45,499 nucleotides of DNA from Octopus bimaculoides (taxonomy: Eukaryota). The first letter of the stretch is position 1. Each line of letters starts with the position of its first letter. The translations under genes were made by a program, and so were the position numbers. The notes beneath the pieces are model-generated. The model saw only the letters and a list, made by a program, of their open reading frames with translations, did no database searches and was not told the DNA's origin. Shown here piece by piece: positions 23,448 through 35,929 of this stretch. The stretch spans positions 78,864,005 through 78,909,503 of the forward strand of contig NC_068990.1 in the NCBI RefSeq assembly GCF_001194135.2, given 5' to 3'.

Positions 23448-24629
23448 AATCCACTTTTCATTTTTAATATACATGCACGCACGCACGCACACACACACAC
23501 ACACACNNNNNNNNNNNNNNNNNNNNNNNNNNNNNNNNNNNNNNNNNNNNNNNNNNNNNNNNNNNNNNNNNNNNNNNNNNNNNNNNNNNNNNNNNNNNNN
23601 NNNNNNNNNNNNNNNNNNNNNNNNNNNNNNNNNNNNNNNNNNNNNNNNNNNNNNNNNNNNNNNNNNNNNNNNNNNNNNNNNNNNNNNNNNNNNNNNNNNN
23701 NNNNNNNNNNNNNNNNNNNNNNNNNNNNNNNNNNNNNNNNNNNNNNNNNNNNNNNNNNNNNNNNNNNNNNNNNNNNNNNNNNNNNNNNNNNNNNNNNNNN
23801 NNNNNNNNNNNNNNNNNNNNNNNNNNNNNNNNNNNNNNNNNNNNNNNNNNNNNNNNNNNNNNNNNNNNNNNNNNNNNNNNNNNNNNNNNNNNNNNNNNNN
23901 NNNNNNNNNNNNNNNNNNNNNNNNNNNNNNNNNNNNNNNNNNNNNNNNNNNNNNNNNNNNNNNNNNNNNNNNNNNNNNNNNNNNNNNNNNNNNNNNNNNN
24001 NNNNNNNNNNNNNNNNNNNNNNNNNNNNNNNNNNNNNNNNNNNNNNNNNNNNNNNNNNNNNNNNNNNNNNNNNNNNNNNNNNNNNNNNNNNNNNNNNNNN
24101 NNNNNNNNAGTAATAGCTGCCAAATCTCTTTAAGGAAATACACAAACGATCCGAAGTTTAAAGAAGAGAGAAAGGACTAATAGTCATACATTTCATGATT
24201 AGTCTGATGTTTTAGTTTGAAACTGCTTGAGATGGAAAGGCGGGGCTGAGGTGGGGGTAATCAGAAATCTTTTGATGAACGTTTCTTTGTTTCTTTTTAA
24301 AACTACCTGATGTCTAATTCTAGTCGCACCTAAGGAAAGCCTTGAAACCATTGAAGATAAATAAAAAAAACCGATATTAATACCGCCATCAGGACGATAG
24401 TGATGATGATAAGAATCATGATGATTATCATCATCAAAATCATCATCATTAACAATACGATTCAACCAGCGCCTTACTAATCATACCTGCAGTTGACTCC
24501 CACCTGACTCTTTAATCTAACAAACTACACGTTCTCTCTGCTGGAGCTGGTTACTATGGAAACTAATCTAATAACGCACTTATTTTATATGTTCTTGATG
24601 TTGTTGTTTATAGTAATGCAATTATTGCT

Positions 24630-24634
24630 TGCGA

Positions 24635-24669
<35 letters not shown>

Positions 24670-24880
24670 CTGTTGCTGCTGCTGTTGATGTATTTTCTTG
24701 TAGGCTTTAGTGATGATGTTAATGATGACTTGTTGTTGCTGTTGTTGCTGTTGTTGTTGTCGTTGTTGGAGGTGGGGAATCTTAATTTCGGTGTCGGCTA
24801 CAACTGAGGTTGATGATATTCGTTGAAATTATTTTAGTATTTCTGCTGTTGTTGCTGTTGATGATGATGATGATGATTAT
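24630..24880. repeat. (CTG)/(TTG)/(ATG) trinucleotide repeats
   Basis: Directly visible. Confidence 0.85.
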
Positions 24881-25070
24881 GACGAATTTTTTTTTGTATT
24901 AATAGCGACGATTGTTATATAAAATACAGACTGACAACAGTATTATTAACCTATGATAAACACGGGGGCAAATGTTCCTAACAACACAAAAAGACATGAA
25001 AATGGCATTTGTATTGGACATAGATGGAGTTGCTTCACTTTTAATGTCGAGGTAGAAAATGCTAAAAAAT

Positions 25071-25381
25071 AATTTAATAAAAAACATTTCAGTACCGGTT
25101 TCGGTCATGGAGACTTTTTCAACTGTAAGTATGGAAAACAATTAAATTTTGGAAAAATTAAATGAAAAGTTTTTAAAAAGAATATTTGCATAGCATTCAA
25201 ATACAAGAGGCATTTTCCTTGTTCCTGCCTGTCTCTCTCTCTCTCACCCCTTGTATCTGAATACTATGCAAATATTCTTTTAAAAAACTTTTCATTTAAT
25301 TTTTCCAAAATCGTTTTCCATTCTTACAGTTGAAAAAGTCTCAATGACCGAAACCGGTACTGAAATGTTTTTTATTAAATT
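25071..25381. repeat. Long inverted repeat (~135-bp arms, ~37-bp spacer); each arm carries a hammerhead-like motif
   Basis: 25071-25210 is the reverse complement of 25248-25381, with a few substitutions and one ~6-bp indel. The right arm runs into a gap. Confidence 0.9.
25324..25365 (+). ncRNA. Putative minimal type-I hammerhead ribozyme (U3:A8 variant)
   Basis: TTACAG-TTGAAAA-A-GTC TCAAT GAC-C-GAAA-CCGG-TA^CTGAAA. Stem I is CAG/CTG and stem III is the palindrome ACCGGT. The mirror copy is on the minus strand at 25087-25128. Confidence 0.45.
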
Positions 25382-26131
25382 NNNNNNNNNNNNNNNNNNN
25401 NNNNNNNNNNNNNNNNNNNNNNNNNNNNNNNNNNNNNNNNNNNNNNNNNNNNNNNNNNNNNNNNNNNNNNNNNNNNNNNNNNNNNNNNNNNNNNNNNNNN
25501 NNNNNNNNNNNNNNNNNNNNNNNNNNNNNNNNNNNNNNNNNNNNNNNNNNNNNNNNNNNNNNNNNNNNNNNNNNNNNNNNNNNNNNNNNNNNNNNNNNNN
25601 NNNNNNNNNNNNNNNNNNNNNNNNNNNNNNNNNNNNNNNNNNNNNNNNNNNNNNNNNNNNNNNNNNNNNNNNNNNNNNNNNNNNNNNNNNNNNNNNNNNN
25701 NNNNNNNNNNNNNNNNNNNNNNNNNNNNNNNNNNNNNNNNNNNNNNNNNNNNNNNNNNNNNNNNNNNNNNNNNNNNNNNNNNNNNNNNNNNNNNNNNNNN
25801 NNNNNNNNNNNNNNNNNNNNNNNNNNNNNNNNNNNNNNNNNNNNNNNNNNNNNNNNNNNNNNNNNNNNNNNNNNNNNNNNNNNNNNNNNNNNNNNNNNNN
25901 NNNNNNNNNNNNNNNNNNNNNNNNNNNNNNNNNNNNNNNNNNNNNNNNNNNNNNNNNNNNNNNNNNNNNNNNNNNNNNNNNNNNNNNNNNNNNNNNNNNN
26001 NNNNNNNNNNNNNNNNNNNNNNNNNNNNNNNNNNNNNNNNNNNNNNNNNNNNNNNNNNNNNNNNNNNNNNNNNNNNNNNNNNNNNNNNNNNNNNNNNNNN
26101 NNNNNNNNNNNNNNNNNNNNNNNNNNNNNNN

Positions 26132-26162
<31 letters not shown>

Positions 26163-28177
26163 CAAAAATGCTTGTTCTAAAACCTCTCTAAGAGATGAAA
26201 ACGGTAGTTGTACTAGCAAGTAATGTTCGTCCCACTTCAACATAGCTGTTCCGTTCGAACGGATTTTACTGCGGTTTTTAACCCCAAGAAGATATCTCCT
26301 CTAATTGGTTAACGATGCACAGCTGCATCCGATAAAATTGCAAGCAGGGGAGCGAACTTCCACCATCTTATATATCTGTGTATATATACTATGCATGTAT
26401 ATAGACATGTACATACGCACAATCACACATATACTCACAACACACGCATACACATATTAATACACACTTTAATAAATACACAGTTAGAAAAACGAGAAAA
26501 AAGATGGGGAAATGATGATGAGGCGACTTAAGCAAAAACGTATCCATTCATCTTCAATCTCCCTCCATTTAACTTTCCCTGGCATACACATTTTCATACG
26601 CATAAACATATGTATATATATATATATATATATATNNNNNNNNNNNNNNNNNNNNNNNNNNNNNNNNNNNNNNNNNNNNNNNNNNNNNNNNNNNNNNNNN
26701 NNNNNNNNNNNNNNNNNNNNNNNNNNNNNNNNNNNNNNNNNNNNNNNNNNNNNNNNNNNNNNNNNNNNNNNNNNNNNNNNNNNNNNNNNNNNNNNNNNNN
26801 NNNNNNNNNNNNNNNNNNNNNNNNNNNNNNNNNNNNNNNNNNNNNNNNNNNNNNNNNNNNNNNNNNNNNNNNNNNNNNNNNNNNNNNNNNNNNNNNNNNN
26901 NNNNNNNNNNNNNNNNNNNNNNNNNNNNNNNNNNNNNNNNNNNNNNNNNNNNNNNNNNNNNNNNNNNNNNNNNNNNNNNNNNNNNNNNNNNNNNNNNNNN
27001 NNNNNNNNNNNNNNNNNNNNNNNNNNNNNNNNNNNNNNNNNNNNNNNNNNNNNNNNNNNNNNNNNNNNNNNNNNNNNNNNNNNNNNNNNNNNNNNNNNNN
27101 NNNNNNNNNNNNNNNTGACGATGATGATGGTGATGAGGATAATGATGATTATGTCAACGCTAATCATCAACCACTCAACGACATCTCATTCCTTTATCTC
27201 TTTCCTTTTGTTTTATTCCTGTTTTATTTACATTCTTCTCCAAATACCTTTTATTCTTTTTTGCTTTTCTTTCTTCCTTCTATTTTTTTCAACTTGAACA
27301 TTATGCTTTAATTCAAGGGAATTAGACACACGGACCGGAGTAACTTTTAGTCCGGGCCCGGGATCAATTTTATGTAAACAAATTATTTCTGAATTTTAAA
27401 TGTTTTATAAAAAAAATTGATATTCTCTAGAAATATCCGAAATAAAACTGGAGAAACACGCTCCCCTTGTTAGCTCACAAGATCCCACAAACTACAAGCG
27501 GCTTCATGCACATCGTTATCCCAATGGAATCCTCGATCCAACGCACTTGACTCCCCACTTCTCTAATTTATCCCACCCCTACTCTTCCAAATATCTGTCC
27601 TTTCATGATCTACTACTATTTAAAATACGTCTTTCACTTCTCCTGAAAGCTCCATCCATTGAACTCATTCACTGCAGAATGTACAACGAACATCCTTCTC
27701 TTACATAAAGCTACAAACTTTTAATGTGGATTTTACTGAACTAACTCCAATTTAACGTCGTGCGCGCTTGTGCTTATATATCGTTCAGGAATGTACTACA
27801 AAACATCCCCACAATCCAGATCCATAGCAATTTACTGGGGCGAATCCAAATATAACCAGCAGACAAATACGGGGATCCTACATTTAATAATTTGAACGAC
27901 ATAATAATGAAATCTGCCCTTTGCGAGTTACCATCAAAAGACGTCAGATTTTTTTATACAAATTATGCACGAAGTTTTGGAAACCATGTCTCATAGCGCC
28001 ATATGGTACACAGCCACAGACTAGAAGGTCGTAAAAAGTTCGTCACAACTGAAAAGTACTCTATATTTGTCAATAGCTTGAAAAATGTTATGAAAATCTT
28101 AAACAATGAGTATAAATTGGTATAAATGGTATGTATGATGGCTTCAAACTCGTGTTAGAGTATTGCCATCACCTAAT

Positions 28178-28662
28178 CGAAAGTCCCAATGGTTTCCCTT
28201 CATGGCAGAATTAATAGTCAAGACTATTTAAGCATTTTATCTGATCAAATTCATTCTATGGTTGCAGAACTGTTTCCGGTGGAAAACGCAATTTTTTTCA
28301 GGATGATAATGCACCAATTCACACAGAAAAAGTTGTTACTGAATGGCACGAGGAACATTCTAGTGAAGTCGAACATCTTACCTGGCCATCACAGTCCCCA
28401 AATCTCAATATTATTGAACATTTAAGGTGGATTTTAGAAAAACAAGTATGGAGTCGATATCTTCCACCATCATCACTACAAGAACTGGAGACTGTTTTAG
28501 CTGAAGAATGGATAAAAATTCCTTTGGAAACAATTCAAACTTTGTACGAGTCAATACGTCGTAGAATTCAAGCTGTAATTACTGCCAAAGACAGTCCTAC
28601 TCCGTATTAACGAAAATTTGCTTGAAATTTTAAGGTGTTTCTATTATTTTGTCCAATCCCTG
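28178..28662 (+). mobile_element. Tc1 (DD34E) transposon, 3' half with right TIR
   Basis: FQDDNAPIH..WPSQSPNLNIIEHL..LQEL..EEWIKIP..LYESIRRRIQAVITAK..TPY* (stop 28608-28610). Ends ..TTTTGTCCAATCCCTG followed by TA. Confidence 0.92.
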
Positions 28663-29946
28663 TAGAAGAATATAGACAGAATACAGTTCGCAGCTTATCT
28701 TTTTCTAGAGGGGATAGAGGTTGGCCCCTACTTCCGTGAAGGTATAAGCCCTTAGGTATAATCCCTGGTAAATTCAGGTAGTATTTTGGCAATATTTTGA
28801 ATGTTGCGTTCATGATGAAGGAATAGATCAAGTGGCTAGCTAGTATGAAAATGGTCCACGTGGATGTATAGAGTAAGAAAGACAGACATCATGATAGCCA
28901 GATGAGGGTTGTGAGTGAACAGAAGAGAGAGGAGGATGAGAGAAAAGAAAGGAATGGGATAGGTGCGGGAAAGAATGAATGAGAGCGAAAGTAAAATAAA
29001 ATCAAAATAAAGAATAAAAAGTAAAGATAAAGATAAGCTGCCATTATTATTCTTCGTTAGGGTCGGACATTAATGTTTTGGTAAAATGGAGGAGGAAGGC
29101 ATTTACGGTTATTAATTAAATAGATGAATTCTAGGTTCGGTGCAGTCAGAAAGAATATTTAGTTCAGTGGTCAGCAAGTATAGTTAAAAATAGATGCCTA
29201 ACTTAAGGAAGTATGTATAGGAGTATATATAGATAAAAAATTAAAGAATTAAAAACAAAAAGTTAAAAATTAAAGGTTAAAAAGGATTATAGATTAAAGA
29301 ATTAAAAAATATTATTGCAGCTAGCTAGCTTCTAAGATACTTATGGTGATAGATGAAAGAGGCAAAAAAAACGTACGTATATTGTAACGAGCATGGATGT
29401 ATATAAGCAAGTGTTGTGTGTTGATTTTGCTTGCATTTGGACCTATGGAAGAATCTACGATAGAATCTATGCTTACACGTAGAAAATGCTTCGTGCTTTT
29501 TATTAAGTAAATGTGGCGAACGAACGCAGCGGTTTTCTTTGCCGGCGCGAAACCTAAGCTATCGATATATTTTCTAGTTAATCGTATATATATATATACG
29601 TATATATGTATGGATTTATGTTCATACGCCCATTCACAATATAAATATACCGGAAGTTTAGTTGTGCTAAATGACAGAAAAATACTTTGATGAAATTTTA
29701 CTTAACAGTAATAAAATTCAAATATCACAACAAATTGTTTCGTAACTTAAAAACATGTAAATTATTTATATTATTATATTTAGTAATAAATAAATTACTA
29801 ATATGTGTGCATTAATGCAAAATGCAAAAGGTCTTCCAAATTAAATATAATACAAATTATTTCTAAGACTTTACATTACGAAACAACTTGCTGTGATATT
29901 TGAATTTTCTTATTGTTAAATAAAATTTCATCAAACTATTTCGCTG

Positions 29947-30044
<98 letters not shown>

Positions 30045-30061
30045 TACATACATACATACAT

Positions 30062-30097
<36 letters not shown>

Positions 30098-30189
30098 ATA
30101 AATTTATATAATAAGGATAAGATCGTTATTTAAGATACCGATCCTATCAAGTGGCTAGCATGGGGATAAAAGCCTCCGAGGTAATAATT

Positions 30190-30338
30190 ATTATTATTAA
30201 AATTATAATTAAGGGTATCTAAAAGATACAGCATGGTGCTGTATGAATATTTGATGTGGTTTTAGAGTCAAGTTTTGACTGCTATATCTAGCATGGTGGT
30301 ATCTTTCAGATACCCTTAATTATAATCTTGATAATAAT
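30190..30338. mobile_element. MITE / fold-back element with a ~40-bp inverted repeat
   Basis: ATTATTATTAAAATTATAATTAAGGGTATCTAAAAGATAC (30190-30229) matches the reverse complement of 30299-30338 with 3 mismatches. Confidence 0.75.
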
Positions 30339-30571
30339 CTATATGTATATATATATATATGTGTGTGTGCGTGCGTGCGCGCGCGCGCGCGTGTGTGTGA
30401 ATATATATAATAGTTGAAATTTACAGAAAAACAAAAGACCNNNNNNNNNNNNNNNNNNNNNNNNNNNNNNTCTATATGTATATATATATATATGTGTGTG
30501 TGCGTGCGTGCGCGCGCGCGTGTGTGTGTGTGAATATATATAATAGTTGAAATTTACAGAAAAACAAAAGA
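30339..30571. other. Direct duplication on both sides of a 30-N gap (probable assembly artefact)
   Basis: The same ~100 bp occur before and after the gap, differing only in microsatellite unit counts. Confidence 0.85.
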
Positions 30572-30574
30572 CCA

Positions 30575-30720
30575 AGACAAGTGTATGCACAACAAGCAGG
30601 TGTATTAGTTTACCGCTCGGGAAAGTGAGAAAGTCTTTTACGTTTCGAGCCTACGCTCTTCAACAGAAAGGAATAAGATAAAATAAGCAGAGAGAGAATC
30701 AACGTACGGAGTAAGATAAA
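30575..30720 (-). mobile_element. Dispersed repeat (Penelope pLTR-like) containing a hammerhead-like motif
   Basis: The reverse complement matches 43235-43310 (CTTTCTGTTGAAGAGCGTAG(G)CTCGAAACGT.AAA.ACTTT..TTCCCGAGCG..ACTAATACA). Confidence 0.6.
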
Positions 30721-31694
30721 ACAGTAAATTCAAAAAAGTTCAAAAGGTTACAAGGAGCTCAATCTATTTTTACAAAAATCTAATTAACCTATAGATGGGA
30801 CCCTGACAAGTTCTACTCCGGCCTCGGCAATAATGATGATTAAGCTTCTCCAACTGAAGCGAAATGGTAATGGTGATAAACCGTCTGCAACTGAAGCTTT
30901 ACCACCGGATGAAGTTTAATGTCAGACCCATTATATATAAATAAACACATATGAATACATATGTATGAGTGTGTATCAATGTTTATATAAATATATTTAT
31001 GTATATACTTGTGTGTTTGTGTATGTGTTTATATTACACATTTCAATTTTCATACTAAATTCGCCAACATGTCCAATCTTATCTCTTTGTCGCTCATACT
31101 ATCTTTACTGCCTTCCATCCTCCTCTATGCATTCGCTTCTTTCTGTTTTTCCTTTCGATATTTCTTGTTTTTCATCCAATTTTTCTGCTTTGAATTCTGC
31201 AACGCAGAATAAACCATCTTTATATCACCCATCATCTTAGAATCACAGTAACAGTAGCGAAACTACCCAACTGATTGTTTACTTTTTCGTTTATTTTTTA
31301 CTATTTTAATTGATTTCTTGCCTTTAGGCGGAACACTTCGGGTTTCTCTCTTTTGATTTCCTTTTTTACAATTAATATTTCACAGTTACTTTTTATTCAT
31401 TTTATAGCCTTCGCAAGACTTTCGAGTCGTTCTCTCAACTTCATACTTCGAATTAATATTTCAAAACTAATTATTTTCAATAATGAATACTAATGCTATT
31501 TGCATGTTTTTTTGTGTGTGTGTTGTTAGGAACGTAGTAAAGAATAGTTCTCCGTTGAAGACGTCACGGCTGTTCAGTTTCCTTCTATGTAAAACTCCTT
31601 ATGTTTTTCTTAGTACCTACCATAATATAGAAACACTCTACTACAATCTTATTTTTATTCGCATTATAAAGTCCATCTCCTTCACTTTTTGACG

Positions 31695-32556
31695 TGCCAC
31701 CCTCCGTATAAATTGGTCATTGGACAACAGTTGAAACCAAGAGACTATGCACAGAGACTTAACTTCGCACGTCAGATCCAAGCAATTTTTGAGGCAAATG
31801 ACAACTGCATTTTGTTAATGAGTGATGGAGTTCATTTTGAACTCAATGGTATGGTGAATCAATCGAACTGTCGTTATTGGGCTCTTGAAAATCCAAGACA
31901 ACTGCGTAAAAGACCACTGCACAGCTCCAAAGTGATGGTCTGGTGTACTGTTGGAAAAGCTGCTGTCATTGGTTTTTACTTGTTTGAAGACAATAATGGA
32001 AATGCTGTTACTGTGAACTCCGAGCGTTACATCGAGATGATAAATAACTTCTTTGTACCTGAATTACGACAGAAGTGTATGCCTATTCAACATGTGTGGC
32101 TTCAGAAGGATGGGGCGACGGCCCACACAGCCAGAGCATCAATGGAAGTTCTTCACCCTCTCTTCGGTGACTGCCTCATTTCCAGGTTTGTTGACATTCC
32201 TTAGCCCCCTCTGTCCCTTGATTTGTCCATGTGTGATTATTTCTTGTGGAGAAACCTCAAGGCACATGTGTATGTGCATAAGTTCCATACATTGGACGAT
32301 TTGAAAAAAGCTATTTGCATGGAAGTCTCCCCAATCGACAGAGGAATGCTGGAAAGAGTGGAGGCCAACTTCCAAGAACGCCTTCAGAAATGCATCAAGA
32401 AAAATGGACACCACTTGAGGGATGTTGTTTTCCACATTTGATTTTGACAAATGCTAATTCAATACAAACATCTTAGTGTCAATAAAATTTGTTTGCAGCT
32501 AAAATTAGTGATTTTGTGAATTTTTCAAAAGCGTCCACCCTCTTTGTCCCACCCTG
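31695..32556 (+). mobile_element. DD41D (rosa/Visitor-type) Tc1/mariner transposase pseudogene with right TIR
   Basis: PYKL..MSDGVHF..NCRYW..VMVWC..GFYLFE..WLQKDGATAHT..[W]PPLSLDLSMCDYFLW. There are 41 residues between the second and third D by my count. One premature stop. Ends ..GTCCCACCCTG|TA. Confidence 0.9.
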
Positions 32557-32769
32557 TATATAAAATAAGAAAAGGGGACTGAAAAGGCTAGACAGATATC
32601 ATTAAACACTCAGTTTTAAACGAATTTCGTAAACTATATCCGACAATCAGACACCAGTACATGCAAGTGGAATGAACATCCAAGCTAATTCCTCATGTAT
32701 GATAAGTAGTTTCAAATGTTGTTTCGTAGAATTTCAAGAAATTCAGGGTATAAGGCAACGAAAATACGA

Positions 32770-32995
32770 ATGAAGAAAATCACTTCTTTAATTGGTGATT
32801 CCACTATACAATACCGACGATAGGTTAAGTATAGTAAAAATGGTAACTCTACAAATCTTAGTAAATGCATTTGGGATTTATAAAATAAGGTCATTAAGCA
32901 TGAGTTAAAATGGTCCATTATTAGTTACGCACCATCGTACAATACTGGTTATTCTAAATGTGATTTATGCATTGCGGAAATGCATAATTACTTTT
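32770..32995 (+). mobile_element. Penelope-like element, GIY-YIG endonuclease C-terminal remnant
   Basis: NSTNLSKCIWDL*NKVIKHELKWSIISYAPSYNTGYSKCDLCIAE matches the PLE 'ST.LS.YIW.L..WSI..Y..C.LC..EK' pattern. Confidence 0.7.
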
Positions 32996-33575
32996 AAATT
33001 AATATCATTAAATTATGATGGCACTTTTTACTTTGAAATATTGTCACAAATTTAAAAAAGCATTTAAATATTTCAATTCTTAATTATAATTGCTTTTCAT
33101 ATAATATAATAAGCATAATTTTTCTAAAAATATTTAATATATTTAATAGATAAATAACTGATTGTCGTAAAGTAAAAATTCTGTATTTCTAATTCTCGCA
33201 CGTAGAATTCAAATGTATATATTTTTTATTCTTTCGTTATCCATTGATGTCACCAAAAGTTCAATATCTAACTAGCTTTTCTTAGAATATTATATTTCTT
33301 CTTAACATTCTTCTTGCATGCGCTCGTCTGCTAGACACATTTTCTTAGTTTAGTTCGATTTTCACCAATTTTGGATTGCTTTGATAACGCTGTGTTAAAA
33401 TGTTTTTTCAGATTTATTAATTTCTTGGCTTCTTAGGGTCTGACGAGATGCTGTAAAGTTAAGCGCTCCACGGACGTGAAACGCGGTGTAACTCTATAGA
33501 CCGTCCATAACTATATTGATCTAAACACGAGAGGGTGCTTCTCGTTCGGATTTGAGGAGATTTACTGACGAATAT

Positions 33576-33611
<36 letters not shown>

Positions 33612-34179
33612 ACACACATAATCACAATGAAGATATTTAAACCTCTTATAGGGATATTTATTCAAGATATATTAAATTTTGAAGAGAAAATCCTTCAATG
33701 AATATATTATATAGAATATCGTAAGACATCAGACATGTTTATTGAGTTAGAAAACAGAGAGATCTAATGGATACAAATTAATTAATTAATTAATCAACGT
33801 ATTAGCCAACAATTGTTTCATTTCTCAAATAAGATTAAAATTACAAAGCATATATAAAAATATACTTTTGTATTTTAAATACCTTATAAGGAAAATCGTC
33901 AGGTTTTTCAGAGGTCAATAAGGATTACATCAGGAACGTATCCTGATTTTATTTAGCGTGAAAACAAGGAACCTAAATGTTTGTTGTGTAAAATACACAA
34001 GTCAATGTGTCTACTTGGTGAATAAAGATATAATTTATTTACTAATTCCTTTTCATTCAAATAAAGACGAAAAGAAATTCTAGCAAAATTTTTAACAGAT
34101 TATTTTGTAAATTAATACCGTTAAACGCAGAATATTTTTACTGTCATAGAAAATACCAATAGCCTCCAAAACATGAAAG

Positions 34180-34620
34180 TCTTCTCAATAGAATTAACGA
34201 AGTGAACAATAACTTCGATACAGAAGTGATTATAATGGCCCTCACACTCGGTCAAACATTAAAAACAGCAAAAGAAAACAATATTAAGTATTCAGGCATT
34301 GTTGTAGATAAAAGTAACCAAGGGTTAGTGAAATATTTTTCTGTAATCATAGACTATTTGACTAGGATTGGAGGTTAAATCAATAAATAAATTAGTTAAT
34401 TAAGGTTAAAAGCAGACCAAACAAGAACTGCTGAATGTTTATAAATGAAAATGTATTGAAGGGTTGTGTGTTATTGCAATATCATGTTTGGTGGACTTAG
34501 GCGTCCATCCAAGTCACACAAAGAAATAAAAGAATGTCTTCTGAAATTTAAAGAAAAAATTTAAAGGGATATTAACTATTTCTGGTTGTTTAGCAGAAAA
34601 CATCTTGACTATCTGTGTGA
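34180..34620 (+). pseudogene. Decayed hAT-like DDE transposase fragment
   Basis: TLKTAKENNIKYSGIVVDKSNQGLVKYFSVIIDY..GG and CNIMFGGLRR resemble the 'D.SNH..K.FP..I.YF' and 'DN.N.NFGG' segments of hAT-like transposases. Confidence 0.45.
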
Positions 34621-35805
34621 TTATATCACCGAGAGAAAGACACTAACATACAAGTGTAAGACCGAAACCGTTTAAAAGATCTTACCAATTTTTAGGTAAT
34701 GAATACAGAAAGGCGAGCTCTCTCCCATTCAAATTAAATTTCATTTTAAGCTTACCACAAATGTCCCGGTTTTCAAATCATTCATTCTGTCATTAGAAAC
34801 ATTTCCTACATTAAATAAAAAATATTTTGGGGATCCAGATAAAATCTTATATTACACATGGATTCATTAACAAATATTTTACACAATCACACTGAAAATC
34901 TCGAAAGGTAAAACATGGTTTATATCAGTGCTCACAATCTTGAAATCCTTTCGGATGAGACTCTCTGAGCGAAAGATCAATCATTTCATATTCTTGAAAA
35001 CGAAGGATGTTCTGAACGGAAAGCACTCCGTAAGTGTAAATAAACATAGAAAATGTTATTCTACGTAGGTTGTTTAGTAGTAGTTTGGTTACTGAAGAAA
35101 AATAGATAAAATCTGGGGTTATCTTTCGGTTTCCAGTGGATAATTGAATAAAATATCAAATTAGACATTTCTGAACCAAGTATTAAATATTTGATTAATG
35201 AACAATGTGAAAAGATGTCTACTTGATAATGTCAAATCTTTGATCAGTTTAGTAACATCCGTTTGTTGACATTAAAACTTCAATAAAAGTTTGCGGGTTT
35301 GCTGGAAAAGCAGGAACGATCGAAATCCAGGAAGGATCAATAAAATCGATAAATAAGTACCAGCTAAGTGATGAGGGTCAATAAAAGTCATTGCTGGCTT
35401 TGTACATAAGTGTGAAATCGATATCTTCTGAAGCTGCGTTTGCTGGGCAAGTGAAACGATTTGATATCATCCGTGGAAACTAAAAATAATTGCTTTATCG
35501 AAGGGATATATAAAGCATCAACTACATATACACACACAATCGCTTACACATACATGGAAACGTATACACACGCACATTTTTATATTAACTTTAATTGATG
35601 ATTTTGTGATAATTGTTCCTAAAAGTGGTACAAGAAATTAAATTCACGGAGACGGGTTAATCGATTAGATCGGCCTTAAACATCAAATTCGGCAGAAATA
35701 ATATGGATGTAGAAAATTATTAATAACATATTTATAAAGTTTTGTGTTTTTATTAGTTTATCAGGATGCATCAGGGAAAAGCTGATAGTTAATTACATAC
35801 ACAAT

Positions 35806-35857
<52 letters not shown>

Positions 35858-35929
35858 CTACACAGATATATCATTGTTACAAAATATAGTTCTATATAAT
35901 TAACAATCAAATATATTTCACAAAACACA

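Noticed and set aside
27440-28050. Possible Penelope GIY-YIG fragment ('TGETRS')
   Set aside because: Only a few residues resemble the motif, which is too little to call.
33440-33490. CTGACGAG...GAAACGCGGT hammerhead-like boxes
   Set aside because: The sequence between the boxes does not form stem II, and the cleavage position would be G.
34655-34685. GACCGAAACCGTTT, similar to the 25.3-kb motif
   Set aside because: No upstream core box or stem II partner; at best a decayed remnant.
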